A DNA stretch of 64,000 nt from Octopus vulgaris (Eukaryota). Where the stretch lies: positions 39,060,001-39,124,000 of the forward strand of contig OX597817.1 in the NCBI GenBank assembly GCA_951406725.2, written 5' to 3'. Under the pieces are notes generated by a model that made no database searches, was not told the DNA's origin, and saw only the letters and a program-made list of their open reading frames with translations. Every line of letters begins with the position of its first letter. The first letter of the stretch is position 1. Below, piece by piece: positions 11,701 to 24,680 of this stretch. A program made the translations under genes and the position numbers.

Positions 11701-14700
11701 TTTGTAATGAATATTAATTTGTATTATATTAGTTTGATGAGATTTTGGCCCAACATTCCATGTTTAAGTGTCTATTGCTGATGATGGGAAAATATGCTGA
11801 AATCACATAATACAACAGTGGTGCAGACAAAATTTCATTTGCTGATATAATCTGTGCATTTTAGCACTATACATCTATGAGATGATATCTGAGGACGATT
11901 ACTGCAGCTTATGGTATTTGCACAGCACATCCAAGTTAAGTTGGATGTACAAATATATTAATATTCATTACAAAGATTGTTTCTGTCACTAATAGCTAAT
12001 CATCAATCTTCACCTATCTCCACATGAGGCAATATTTTCCCATTGATAGACATGACAAGGATGTTCGTCCATAACCATCTCATGACATCTAGACAAGGGC
12101 ACATGCAGAAATACACACAGATAGACAGGCTTTTTTCAGTTTCTGTCTACCAGATCCACTCATAAGGCTGGTTAACTCATGGCTAAAATAAAAGACACTA
12201 GTCCAAGGTGTCATGCAGTGGGACTGAACCCAAGACTATATGGTTGGGAAGCAAGCTCTTTATTCAGTCTCTGGACTCAGATACAGTTTATCAGTTTCAC
12301 AAACAATTAACTTAAATTTAACAAAAAGCACATAGGCATGCATCTACCTCCTCCAATACAGATATATAATCTAAAAAAATATTTACCCCAATATTAAGGT
12401 TATTGAATGAAAAACAAAAACTCTACTATACATGTGACCAGTTTTCTAATATATTTCAGACTGATATGAAAATAGGAACAAATTCTTTATTCTTCAAAGA
12501 AATTATTTTAATTGCAACATTAGCATCTGAGTTACCTTTTGTTATTGTATTTCTGTTGAGATGCTCTGTGTTTTTTTCAATTAATTTTAAATATAACAAA
12601 GAATTTAGTAAAATAACTGAATTATTAAGCTAGTATTAGGAACATAAATTGTGACTAAGGTTTGGTGGAAGATTTTAATTCAAAACTCATGAAAATAAGA
12701 CATTTGTACTACAGAGCCAGAGGCGGTTTCAGCTGGGTTTGTATCAAAAGGGTTAGTCAATCAAGAAAACAAACAAACAAAAAAAAACTGGTACTTGAAT
12801 GTTTTGATGATTAAATATCTTGGATGGAGCGTGGTGGTAATAATGCACAAAATATAGAGGTTCACAGAAATACAATAAACACTATATATATGTAGTATGG
12901 TGTTATATATATATATATATATCATCATTGTTTAATGTCCATCTTCCATGCATAGGTAGGATGGTTCACAGGAGCTGGCCAGGTAGAAAAACTACCCTAT
13001 GCTACTGTTTTGGCAGGATTTTAATGGTTAGTTGCCCTTCCTAACACCAACCACTCTGCAGTGGTTATATATATATATGTAGTATGGTTATATATGTGTG
13101 TGTGTTTAGTAGTACTGGAGGCCATTGTTCATTGGCACCCACCTCTATCATTCACTTCACCGTACTACCCATATGAGATGGCGCTGAATCTTTCCTAATC
13201 AATCCCTTTCACCATCCTTACCACTCTCCCTCTCACACCACAATGCCTGTGAAATGAGAGATAACCCCCACCTTGACTGCAACTCTTCTGCTAGCCATCA
13301 TACCCTCTTGTCCTATGATTGACATATATCATTCATCAAACATCCCTACATATATCTGATTGCTCTCTCCTTTACAGCTAAACACGTAATTGTCATCACT
13401 GCCACTCATTAACTCCTAGCACAATTGTCTCTCCCATTTTTGACCCCACACTAGCACTCTCTCTTCCTTCCTCTATCACCTTCTCACTCTTTTATTAGCC
13501 CCTTCCTTACCACTGGTTAGAATGTTGGATTCACGATCATAAGATTGTGGTTTCAATTCCAGGACCAGGTGGTGCATGGTGTTCTTGAGCAAAACACTTC
13601 ATTTCACATTGCTCCAATCCACTCAGTTGGTAAAATTGAGAAATCCTAAAATAAACCAGAGTCCCATCCATGCAGGGACATATATGCAAGAGAAACTAGA
13701 AAACCAGCCCTATGCTTCTTACGGAGAAAAGTGGACTAACCACTACCAACTCTCTCACTCAATAATTCTATTCTTTTCATCATACTATTGTTTTTCTTAA
13801 CATCTCACCTCAGTTTCACTTTTGTTATTACCCTCTTATGGTAACTGCTTTACAGATTGTACTGGGTGCATTTCATCATGGCACCAGCACTAGAGAGGCT
13901 GCCTTGCCAGCCTCCAGGACTAATTATTTCTCTTTACAGTGATCTTTCAAGGCAATCATAACTAAGATGGTGAAAGAAGAGAAGATATGCAATGAAAGAA
14001 ACACTAATAGAAGAGGATGATACAGGAGGGAGTAATGGAAGAGAGAGAGAGTGACAGCTTCATATTGGTTGTTGGTAAAGAGAGCAAACAGAAGAGCAAT
14101 GTCAACAGTACAAAGATATTACAATAAGAAAGGGTGATGTTGCAGATATGGCTGTGTGATCGAGAAATTCACTTTCTGAACATGTTGTTTTGGGTTCAGT
14201 TCCACTGTATAGCATCTTCGGCAACTGTCATCTACTACAGCCCTGCGCCAACAAAAGCTATGTGAGTGGATTTAGTAAATGGAAACTGAAAGAACCCATT
14301 CTGTGTGTATGCGCAATCATCCCCATCATTTACTGCCCCTTTTCCCAGGCTAGCATGAATTGGATGGTTTGAAAGGATCCAATAAGCCAGGGGACTACAT
14401 TGATCTTCAGTGTCTATTTTGGCATGGTTTCTACAGCTTGGTGCCCTTCCTTACATTCACTGGTTTGTAAACAGTAGCTTCTTGACCATATCATTTGCTT
14501 GCAGTCTACCACCAAAGCATGTCTGGGCTTCTAGACATGTCATGCAATCTTCATAAATAAATAGTGCATTCAATCAATGCCATTTGTTTCCAAATCTCAG
14601 CTTAAAACATGTCCAGGCTGTTTGTGATTTGATAGACTGGAAGTTTATTACTTCACTCGGAAACAAGAGGAGTTGATGACATAAAGAGCATCCAGCTGCA

Positions 14701-17700
14701 AAACTGCCCCCATGTACACACACAACAAGCATTGCACAGTTTCTACCTACCAACTTCACAAAGCATTGGTTGATATATATGTATGGATCAAAGGTGGTGG
14801 TCAATAAGCAATTTTGCAGTCGAGGATAGCAAAGCAAATGGCTGATAAATGTTTTGAGCTAAAATTAGAACATGGAAATTGTAGTTGTGATACCCATGCC
14901 GGTGGCACGTAAAAAGCACCATCCCAACATGGCCAATGCCAGCACCGCCTTGACTGGCTTCCATGCCGGTGGCACATAAAAAGCACCAACCAATCGTGGC
15001 AGTTGCCAGCCTCCCCTGGCACCTGTGCCAGTGGCATGTAAAAGCACCCACTACACTCACGGAGTGGTTGGCGTTAGGAAGGGCATCCAGCTGTAGAAAC
15101 ACTGCCAGATCAGACTGAAGCTTGGTGCAGCCTCCTGGCTTCTAAGACCCTAGTCAAACAGTCCAACCCATGCTAATATGGAAAACGGATGTTAAATGAT
15201 GATGATGATGACACAAGAGCAGCTGGCCATAAAAGATTTGAAGTTAAATGGAGTCAAGAAGAAACACTTAAATGTTAATGAAAAGAAAATGAATTTTGAA
15301 AGTGATTTACACCATTACTAACCTTATATGACATGTAGGTAATCTAAAGGTATTATCACTAAGATGAGTCTCATTAGCCAATATTTCTATTTTCTTGGCT
15401 TTCTTAGTAGCTGGAGCTTCAGAATCCAGTGAAGGCAATTCTCCAAGAGGTTTGTCATTAGATATTACTAAAGTTTGATGAATCTCAGAAGTCATTAATT
15501 TGTGTGCTGCTTCAAGAATCTCCTGACATTTTTTATTTGCAAAGAGAACATTAACATTCTCCATAAAATCTTTCAAGGAGGTAATTTTCTCATCAATAAA
15601 TGACATGTCAGACATTTGATTTTGAAATGAATTCACCACAGCAATAACATCATTGAACTTTTCTAAATCTTTGTTATTACAAGGAATTGCATGTAAGAGA
15701 CAGTCTTGGACAATTACTCGACATATTTCTTGAGAATTAAGGCAACCAAAACGTTCCATCAGAGAAATTGCTGGCTGTGTACCATCATTGGAAGAGGTGA
15801 GAGGAACAGAAAAGAGATTTTCATTGAGTTTCTTCATAATTATAGCAATTTGAGAGAGAACATCCTCAGGACTGGTCTGACTTTCTTCATTAGGAGGATC
15901 AATGGCAAGAGCCAAACAAGTGCCTTCTGATTGCTCAAGTAGTCTGGTTGGATTTGTGATAATTGGCTTAATGAAATAATTAAGAAGGTTGTTGCCAAAT
16001 TTGACAAGCCATGGATCTAGAATATCAATCTTCCACATAGCTTGTACCGTTTCCTGAAGTATCTTATCATTTTTTGGAGGAATTATTATTTTTAATTTAT
16101 TGATTTTTCCTTCAGCTGAATTGATGTCATGAACATCCCATACAATATGTCGCTTCCAGGTTTCATTGAGTTCTGGAATAAGTCTCTCGTTCTGAATCTT
16201 TATTTCAGTTTGGATGGCATTTAAAATTTTTATTTCCTCCTCGCGCACATGGACTGGCTTGGAAAGAATTTTTTGGAGGGTCAGCAAATTTCCAGTTACT
16301 TCTACAAATTTAGTGTGACGAAAGGCTTCATCAGCTGACTCAAGGTGCTGATTCAAAACGAGCAGTTTTTCAAGAAAAGACAGTGTTAACGTTGCTTCCT
16401 CTCGTTGGCTGGACAATTTTTGGAACTGATTATTTGATTTATTCAACTGGGAACTAATCTGAAAGACAAAGTAGAAATTGCAATTATGTTTTTGTATATG
16501 ACAACACACAAATCTTATTATTCAAATTATAGTATTAAATGCTTATTTTAATTAATAATCTATTTTGCCACATGCCCATAACACAGCTAGAACAATTTTG
16601 CAATTAAACAATTAACACTTATAACACTTAAACTATAAAATGATAATGAAAACAAACATATTTTCAATAAATGCTAACCACTACATAATTTTTTTTTAGT
16701 AGTCTTATTTCAATTACAAATACAAGATATACCAGTGACTTCACAGTCTTTCTTTCAGCTATTGTTTAGCTCTAGGTTAGCCGTGATTGAGTAAAACCTA
16801 TGATTACAGGCATTCCAGCTATGACCATCCTGTCTTTTTGCATATCAGGAACTATATTATCTAGTGTGATTTTCATGAAGATGAAGACAGTAACGTATAA
16901 TTTAAGAGAGATTTGGCTTAAAGCAGAATTTCTATGTAAGCACAGGTGAAACAAAACTTGCTTGTGGAGGCAAAATTTCTACAGCTGGATGTTCTTTCTG
17001 TCACCAACTTTAATCAGTTTTCCAAATTATGTATTTTATTTCCATTTCACTGATCCTCATATATCAAGAGTGGGATTTTTGCTTACAAAGGCACTACTTT
17101 CAGTCAGTGTCTGTGGGGGACATGTGGAATGACATTCATAAACACATACTTTCCTCCTAGCAATTCCACTCACAAAACAGTTGGCCTGAAGCTATACACC
17201 ATACCTGAAATCACATGGGTGTGAAGAAAACTTTGCAACCACATAACCATTGTATATATGTGTGGATAACTGTTTTAACATCCACCTTTTCATGCTTACA
17301 AGGATCAAATGGAATCTGTTCAGGTAAATCTCTGTTCAAACTTCAACTGTTTCCATGCAAAGATACATTTCTATTTTCCTATGATTGGACATGTCATCAC
17401 AGAAAACTGGAAAAAAGGACACTGCTTGTATTGCAGCTATTGTGCAATGCCAAGACAAGGAGGCACAGATGGTTATACACATATATAAATATGCACAACA
17501 GGATTTTATCAGTTTCTATCTGCTAGATACATCAAAAGGCTTTGGATGGACCAAGGTTATGACAGTTGCCTAAAGTGCTACATAATAGGACTGAACCAAA
17601 AATCAAATGGTTAGAGAAAATTCTTAACACACACACACATTTATGTGTGCATATGTTTACATTCTACCCCTTTATATGACGAGAGAAAATAGTAATGTCA

Positions 17701-20700
17701 AATTCATATCACCTATAAACAATGTCCTGTAGTTCTGAATTTTGTGAGGACAAGTGGAACATATATATACTTGAAGAAAATGTATGGTGTAGGAGTGGCT
17801 GTGTGGTAAGTAGCTTGCTTACGAACCACATGGTTCCAGGTTCAGTTCCATTGCGTGGCACCTTGGGCAAGTGTCTTCTACTATAGCCTCAGGCCGACCA
17901 AAGCCTTGCGAGTGGATTTGGTAGACAGAAACTGAAAGAAGCCCATCGTGTAAATATATATATATATATGTATGTGTGTATATGTTTGTCCCCCCAACAT
18001 CGTTTGACAACTGATGCTGGTGTGTTTATGTCCCTGTAACCTAGCGGTTCGGCAAAAGAGACTGATAGAATAAGTACTAGGCTTACAAAGAATAAGTCCT
18101 GGGGTCGATTTGCTTGACTAAAGGCGGTGCTCCAGCACGGCCACAGTCAAATGACTGAAACAAGTAAAAGAGGGTTGGCACACAGGAAGACTATCAGGCC
18201 ATAAAATACTGCCCCAAATTAGTTCAAGTCATGTCAGGATGGAAAAGGAGATGTTAGAGTGAACAAATATATTTTTCATCATGCATAGAAGATAAAAAAA
18301 CAAACGCTAACCTCAGTATTTATTTCCGTCTTTACAGTTTTCATCTCCCCCTTCAAGTTTTCTACTCTTTTGGAGAGTTTTTGGGCAATAATCAATTGGG
18401 GGAGAAAGTCAACATATTTGTTTTGGATGATATCATGAATATTTACTTTCATCTTGTTGATTCTTCTGCTCAGCTCATTCAACTTGGTTGTGATGTCATA
18501 ATTTTCTGAAGATGCTACAAGAATATGAAAATTATAGAGATTTTATAACAGCTGTCTCAAAATCCTACACTCCATGAGTAGAGACTGGGTAATAGAAACT
18601 GTGCAGAAGAACAGTGTGTGTGTGTCTGCCATGTATACAAGCTTATGTTCACTGATTTGTTGAGTTGTTATATACATTACTTAACGATTTATTAAACAGA
18701 AATCAATGTCTAATTGTTGTATGAATGCATGCAAGTGTGTGTGTACACACACAGTTATCTAAAATCCACATTTTTCTGAAGATTGCTGGTTTTTTTATAA
18801 CTATATGAAACTGATAGGTAAATTCGCTGTTATGAGAATATTGCATATTACTATTATTAATGATTATATATATATATATATATATATATATTACTTCTTC
18901 CAGTCATTGGACTGTGGCCACGCTGGAGCACTGCCTTGAAGGATTTTAGTCAAATAAATTGACCCCAGTACATTTTTTTAAAGCATGATTGGTCTCTTTT
19001 GCTAAAACACAAAGTTAAGGAAGCATACACAAACCAATATTTGTTGTCAAGCAGTGGTGGTGGATAAATAAACACACACACAGGAATGTAAAAAGCACCA
19101 GTCAAGCGTTGATGATGCCAGTGCCACCTCACTGGTTCCCGCGCTGGTGGTACATAAAAGCACCCACTACACTCTCGGAGTGGTTGGCATTAGGAAAGGC
19201 ATCCAACTGTTGAAACCTTGCAACATCAGATTGGAGCCTGGTTTGCCAGTCCTCAGTCAAACCGTCCAACCCATGCCAGCATGGAAAGCGGACTTAAATG
19301 ATGATGATGATATATATATATTTACACACACGATGGACTTCTTTCAGTTTCTGTCTACCAAGTCCATTCACAAAGCTTTGGTTGGCACAGGATGCCACTC
19401 AGTGGAACTGAACCTGGAACCATATGGTAAGGAAGCAAGCTTCTTACTACACAGCCATGCCTGTGTGCTGAATAGTCATACATAATCTGAGGATTGAGTA
19501 GCGATCAATGTAATGACCGTTAGAGTGAAATAAGTTTAAAGACTGACCTGACAATGAACACGTCACAGGCAGAAATAGAAACTATTGACTCTTTGGATTG
19601 TATTTTGAAATTAGTATCAACTTAACCAGGAGCAGCCCTCGGATATTTCAATAGTTAAGCTCCCAGACAGAGCAGGCCAGTGACCAAAGGCATTTTACTT
19701 GAATCTTTCCATTATTTTTAGGCATAGTGTATCTAGGAATATTTTTAGATAATGTATACGTGTTCTTTTTTTCATTTTTGTTAACTTGTAGGGTAACATT
19801 TGAAGTGAATTTGATTGAATTACTAGCAAACACGGCGATCAATTAGACTCGCGTGTTGTCTCAGTTACTAAATTCATTGGATAACACACCTCAATCGCAA
19901 TGTCGTCATATTTCGACGTAAACAACTGATATTTAACAGTGAGACTTAATTTCATAAGGATATATGTGTGTTTATATAATAATACAATGTGCGAGCTAAA
20001 TCAATTTAAGGCATTGCTGGTTATATATTTGTGAAAAGAGCAAAAAGTCACATTATGCCTACAAATGTGCTATAAAACAAATAAATTAGTCAGAATTGGT
20101 GCCTACCCACCGACTTTGTTTCCCCATAACTTTGTGAAAGATGTTTTCAAATGCAATTTTGCAGAGGCACATTTTAAACGACTTAGATTACGATTATGTT
20201 GATAACATAAAGAAGAAATATTTGTAAGAATTTTAAATCATTCTCACCTGATATATTTTATTGGAATATAACATGTATTTATATGATGCTCTTAAGAGTT
20301 AATGGGAGACCCCAAATTGTAGTTATGACAGAAATCATATGTGCGTAATATTGAGAAACAGCAATAACAGGATTAAAAGACAAAAAAAACCCCTAAAAAC
20401 AAAGGTAGAATAAAAGTGAAATGTCCCACGCTATAATACTTTGTTCGCTACTCCTATGCAGGAAGTACAGTAGAGATATTTATATTTATTTAATCAACAA
20501 AAGTTTTTTTTTCCTGTATTCGTCTTACCAACTACACCAGCCACAGAAAAACGCTTTCTATCGGAAGTAATAGACGAACTTTTATGAACGAAAGCTATAA
20601 TATAACCCTTAATTGGTTCTTCGGTAAACTAATTTCTAAAAACAATTAGAAAACCAGTTTGAAAATAAAAATATCTGTTGCTCTAATTCAGATTTATATT

Positions 20701-20879
20701 ATATATAGATCATCCTTAAATCTTTTGGCATTTAAAGTTAGGTCAAATGTTAATGTAATTTCTTCAAGCACCAAATGTTAGACGAAAACCAACAATTGTT
20801 ATTGTATTCCTGTAACGTAGTAATGACAAAGATACTCCGCGCGTAAATGCCAATGTACGTTAGAGTATGTGTGTGTATA

Positions 20880-20910
<31 letters not shown>

Positions 20911-21467
20911 CATAGCTTTTAGTTTGCTTCAAGATTACGCTGTCGATAGTAGGGAAAGATACAAGAACATATATACGTTCATCTTTTGTATTGTCAACTT
21001 TTATTAATTGACATTCTAGTGAGAAGGAAACACCTGTAGTCATAACAATATTATACACCAGCAGACGTCAACCCTCACACGCCAAACGTAACGATCAAAG
21101 GCATTTCAGTCGTGACCATCTCGTCTTTTCAGGGAGAACGTAGAAGTACACAATCTAAAGCGCTGTCCTTTGATTAAAACAATACAATGTGATTTTGAGG
21201 GAAATGTGACAACTATTTTTATCACGATCAGCATCGCGTACAAGGTTCCCTCCTTAGGTCGTTAATAACAATAGTGGCGATGAGGGTGGGAGAGAATGAC
21301 ATAATTAGAAAAGATATCGCAAACAGAAGTATTTGTTGATATATTTTGAAATCAAAATGGACTTGGTTCTTAAATAGAAATTAAGAATTCTTCTGACAAT
21401 CAAACAGGCGTGAATTATACTCACATTCAGACAGAATTGCCTTGAGAGACGATGAAGTCGCCGCCAT
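5371..21467 (-). CDS. ZW10: Centromere/kinetochore protein ZW10 (RZZ and NRZ/Dsl1 complex subunit), complete; join(21425..21467,18312..18514,15323..16458,9702..9877,6785..6994,5907..6041,5371..5753), 2286 nt, 761 aa
   Basis: Seven GT-AG exons with consistent phases. Recognisable ZW10 motifs AIHYNNCMYIAHHL, VWEDILPPNIYFKAMG, LQEISDRWADGKGVLAHEFS and LIQALFQNTDRRAAVLARL*. Length is close to vertebrate ZW10. Confidence 0.96.
5907..6041 (-). CDS. ZW10: ZW10 coding exon 6 (not in the ORF track)
   Basis: ttctag / GTTTGT; GFVSISDERNRFSAERSIKQVVYKLNHLKTVWEDILPPNIYFKAM; phases 1/1 fit both neighbours. Confidence 0.92.
6785..6994 (-). CDS. ZW10: ZW10 coding exon 5
   Basis: ttgcag / GTAAAG; AIHYNNCMYIAHHLMLLG. 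Confidence 0.95.
9702..9877 (-). CDS. ZW10: ZW10 coding exon 4
   Basis: ttttgtag / GTAGGA; ESVVKLITLSYETL...MFYAVRNMFEIFCCVFPTYHKQRLTTLPQL. Confidence 0.94.
10112..10327. mobile_element. TTAA-flanked MITE, family 2
   Basis: TTAA|CCATTTAGCAT...ATGCTAAAGGG|TTAA. Confidence 0.7.
10463..10682 (+). mobile_element. piggyBac-type MITE, family 1 (220 bp)
   Basis: TTAA target duplication on both sides, CCCTTTC...GAAAGGG TIR; other copies at 2548, 12535 (inverted) and, degenerate, at about 4757..4975. Confidence 0.85.
11314..11997. repeat. Long imperfect inverted repeat with a second interleaved inverted pair
   Basis: 11314..11617 vs reverse complement of 11725..11951; 11678..11718 vs reverse complement of 11957..11997. 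Confidence 0.85.
12535..12752 (-). mobile_element. piggyBac-type MITE, family 1, inverted copy
   Basis: Reverse-complement match to 10463..10682. Confidence 0.8.
14870..15210 (+). mobile_element. RTE 3'-UTR/tail fragment with three internal GGTGGCACRTAAAAAGCACC-type repeats
   Basis: Same family as 821..1100; ends in (GAT)n. Confidence 0.8.
15323..16458 (-). CDS. ZW10: ZW10 coding exon 3 (1136 nt)
   Basis: tctttcag acceptor, GTTAGT donor; core of the 400-aa ORF 15307..16509 with FANKKCQEILEAAHKLM and FRLPTCHIS. Confidence 0.95.
17786..18170 (+). mobile_element. tRNA-derived SINE family A, full-length-like copy
   Basis: tRNA-like head (GTGGCTGTGTGG, GGTTCAGTTCC), CCTTGGGCAAG core, internal (TA/TG)n and a conserved 3' part; other copies at about 6207+, 12120-, 14140+, 23615-, 31072-, 35415+, 44755+, 56000+, 56695-, 61280+. 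Confidence 0.8.
18312..18514 (-). CDS. ZW10: ZW10 coding exon 2
   Basis: ttgtag acceptor, GTTAGC donor; KLNELSRRINKMKVNIHDIIQNKYVDFLP resembles the ZW10 N-terminus. Confidence 0.93.
19085..19310 (+). mobile_element. RTE tail fragment nested within a SINE
   Basis: Splits a minus-strand SINE-A copy into about 18893..19080 and 19330..19462. Confidence 0.7.
21425..21467 (-). CDS. ZW10: ZW10 coding exon 1 (MAATSSSLKAILSE)
   Basis: ATG in AGTATGGCG context; donor GTGAGT; phase 1 matches the next exon; lies in a CpG-retaining region. Confidence 0.85.
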
Positions 21468-21569
21468 ACTTATCCTTCGACACGAGGCGCCAACCACTCA
21501 AAAGCCTCAATTTGAATTTTCACCCCACTGAATGCTGGGTAACAGAATTCGTCTTCATTGCGATATTGC

Positions 21570-21577
21570 TGACGTGA
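21570..21577 (+). promoter_or_regulatory. UPRE/CREB3-like motif TGACGTGA about 100 bp upstream of the ZW10 ATG
   Basis: Exact match to TGACGTG(G/A) in a CpG-retaining promoter region; function not shown. Confidence 0.35.
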
Positions 21578-22988
21578 AAATACCTTTCAGAAGAGTATTC
21601 TTGTACTGATGTATTTGTCAAAAAGTGAATTGAAAATTTATCGATCAATTGAAATTATCCAAACAATTAGTAGATAAATATTTCTTCAAAAGACGTTTAG
21701 ATCATATACAGCCTTTCAAAGGATGTTTGAAAATCTAAAAACAACAGTCAAGGGTAGTAACTCTAATATGATCAGCGGATCAAATTTCTGGACAATACAA
21801 TGTTAATTAAAGCGGTTCTGGTTTTTACATCCAGTTGGTGAAAATGTGGCATTCCTTGGTTTGCTGGAATCTTTATTATAGGCACAATGGCCTGAATGAA
21901 GATGGGACATAACGGCAATACAATACAGGACATGGGGGTACATATAACAAAAATACAGAAAGGATGATATGAAATGAAATATTAACAATGAATTAAATGA
22001 AATGGCTTACGAGCCCCCTAAAGCTCGCAGTTTCATTTACAATTACAATTATACTATCTGGGGTGTTCGTCAGTAATGTAAACGAGTAATTCACCCTGCT
22101 CTATAACGCCGGGCAAACTGTCATATCGAATATAGTGCGCAATGCACACAACTGGATTCCTTGGTTTGCTGATATATTTAAATTGCGATTTTGTTATGAC
22201 TGTTGTTTTGACCAATCAGAGACCAGTAATGTCTGTCACCTTAGCTATATAAACAGAAGCAACATTCTTTTCAGTATGTAGAATTTTTTGAATGTTTGGG
22301 TAACTAGTAATAACAAGTATGAAAGATTACCTAGTGAAATCTGACTCCACCATTACTGGTTCCATTGTAGTAATACAAATATTAACTCTATGGTCATTTA
22401 TTAGATCTAAATGTAACAGAAAATTCTATGTGTATTTTTTACAAGTCTCAACATAGGCCAGCCAGTAGCTTGTAATATTTAATAGAAGGAATTTCTGACT
22501 GAATAAGACTTCAGAGGACGAATGTAGTTCTGAAAACAACTGCTATGACATCTTGTAGCAATACCAATAAAGTTGAATGGCCACTGTTTTGAGAACAGAC
22601 AGTGTGAGAGTATCCCTCACAAACTAGCAAAGGTTTAGACAGGGAAGAAGTAATTCTGCTCTGTTAACTATCATGTGTGTACATGTATAAGAGTTAGATT
22701 GCTCAAGAATAGCTAGATTCTTATCCATAGAAGTATTAGAGGCCAAAAGAAAATGCTAACTACTAATTAATCTAAAGTAACTTGGCTGGAGTGTCTGCTA
22801 ACAAAAGTAACTTCATCCCAAAGAGAGCAATGTGACTGGCAGAAATAAGTAAGATAAGGAATCAATCATGTGTTGTTCTTTGATACTCTTGGCTATATCC
22901 ACTACAAGTTTCCGTTCTCCAGAGTTTCAGTTGTATTATACTGCTCTCTCTCTCTCTCATCATCATCATCATCATCTATATATATAAA

Positions 22989-23095
22989 CAAAATGGGACA
23001 AGAACACAAAACATTCAGAAGACGATACAAAAAACATGGACGGACCCGTCCATTTGTATCATCTTCTGAATGTTTTGCATTCTTGTCCCATTTTG
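22989..23095. repeat. Near-perfect palindrome embedded in (TA)n
   Basis: CAAAATGGGACAAGAACACAAAACATTCAGAAGACGATACAAA..ATGGACGG / CCGTCCAT TTGTATCATCTTCTGAATGTTTTGCATTCTTGTCCCATTTTG. Confidence 0.9.
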
Positions 23096-24680
23096 CATTT
23101 TTATATATATATATATATATATCTTGCTCCGAGAAATGTGCATTCTCACAATCAAATTTACATAAAATTTACCTTGATTGATGCTGTAAATTAAGATCTG
23201 TTATATGTCTGATGTCTGATTTCTACCCTATTTCAAACCTGCATTCACAAATCATATGTTGTGTAATAATTTTTAAATTATTATACCAATCAGATGAGAA
23301 GAGGTCTATTTTCTGAAGGTATGAAGGAAATAAAGAAAAAATTATCCCAATTCATTCTCATTCTTATCCCTTTTAATTACTTACCAAAATCAGAGGACAT
23401 ATCTTATTAGACCTCCTCAACAAAATATGGTCCCCTCAGTTAGGCTGTTAAAGAAAGATTAATTTATAGAAAAACTGAAGAGAATATAGTGAAGTTGGCT
23501 ATGAATATTGAATTTTGACCATCTTGCAGGAAACTGAATGAATGCTTGTATATCAGAGTCGACCAAAAGCAGAAAATTAATGGTAATATTGATGGATTAT
23601 CTTGTTTCAGGTATTCGACTACAGCCATGCTGGGGCACTGCCTTGAAGAACTTAATTGAACAAATTGAACCCAGTAACTTATTTTTTGAAGTCTGGAGCT
23701 TATTCAGTAGGTCTCCTTTTGACAAACAACTGGGGATGTAAACAAACCAACACTAGTTGTCAAGCAGTGGTGGAGGACAAACTCAAAGGCACACACATAG
23801 ATATATAAAATAGTAAGCATGAGTGGCATTTAAAATTTATGATAGCTGTTTCGGAAGAATTTTATTTAATGTACATGCTAGCATGGAAGGTGGACATTAA
23901 ATAATGATGATGATGATGTAGTTGTAAAAAATTACATCATAATATATAGTCCACCATCATCAGGCAAAATTTTAAACTGGTATGATTGTAAACAGTTGGC
24001 ATAGACATAGCCAACATTTGTTAAGCTAGCGTTACTTTTAAGTTCTAGTTTTAAATTTATTGAATAATTAGAAGGCGGGTCTAACACAGGCAGTTAACTA
24101 AACAAGGACAGAAGATTTTAGAAATATACAATAGGAAGATCTAATGGAATAAGTGGAGCAAGAACACAAACAAAAACAAAAAGTGTTGCTGAAGAGGTCA
24201 CAGATGTGTGACAAAAGATTTCCGGACAATGGACATGAGTTAGAATAATAAAATAAGAACAGTAATAAATGAGTGAAGAAAAAATATATAGTGCGTGTAT
24301 TTATTTGGCAAAAAAAAAAAAAATGACTGTCCCGAAATACAACAGTATCTAAATTAATTTATGGTTCAAACTAAGACACCAAAATAATCAGAGGTTTCTA
24401 TAGACAGATGGTAATTAAAAAGTCATCCAATATATAGTAGGTTTATCATCAGTTAAAGAGACAGGCAAAAGGACTTCACCAATGGTCAACATCAAAATGT
24501 CATTGACTTTTACCCCCTCCTACCTATATGTACACATAATAGATACATACAAAAATATAACTATACACATGTACACTCAGATTGCAGTACATATAAACAC
24601 AAACTGACAATAATATATGCACATGTGCACACACACAAAGAGGAAGGTGTAATTGCTAGTGACTAGTACAATAGCCTCAT

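Noticed and set aside
21461-21470. YY1-like motif CCGCCATACT overlapping the ZW10 start codon
   Set aside because: Indistinguishable from Met-Ala coding and Kozak context
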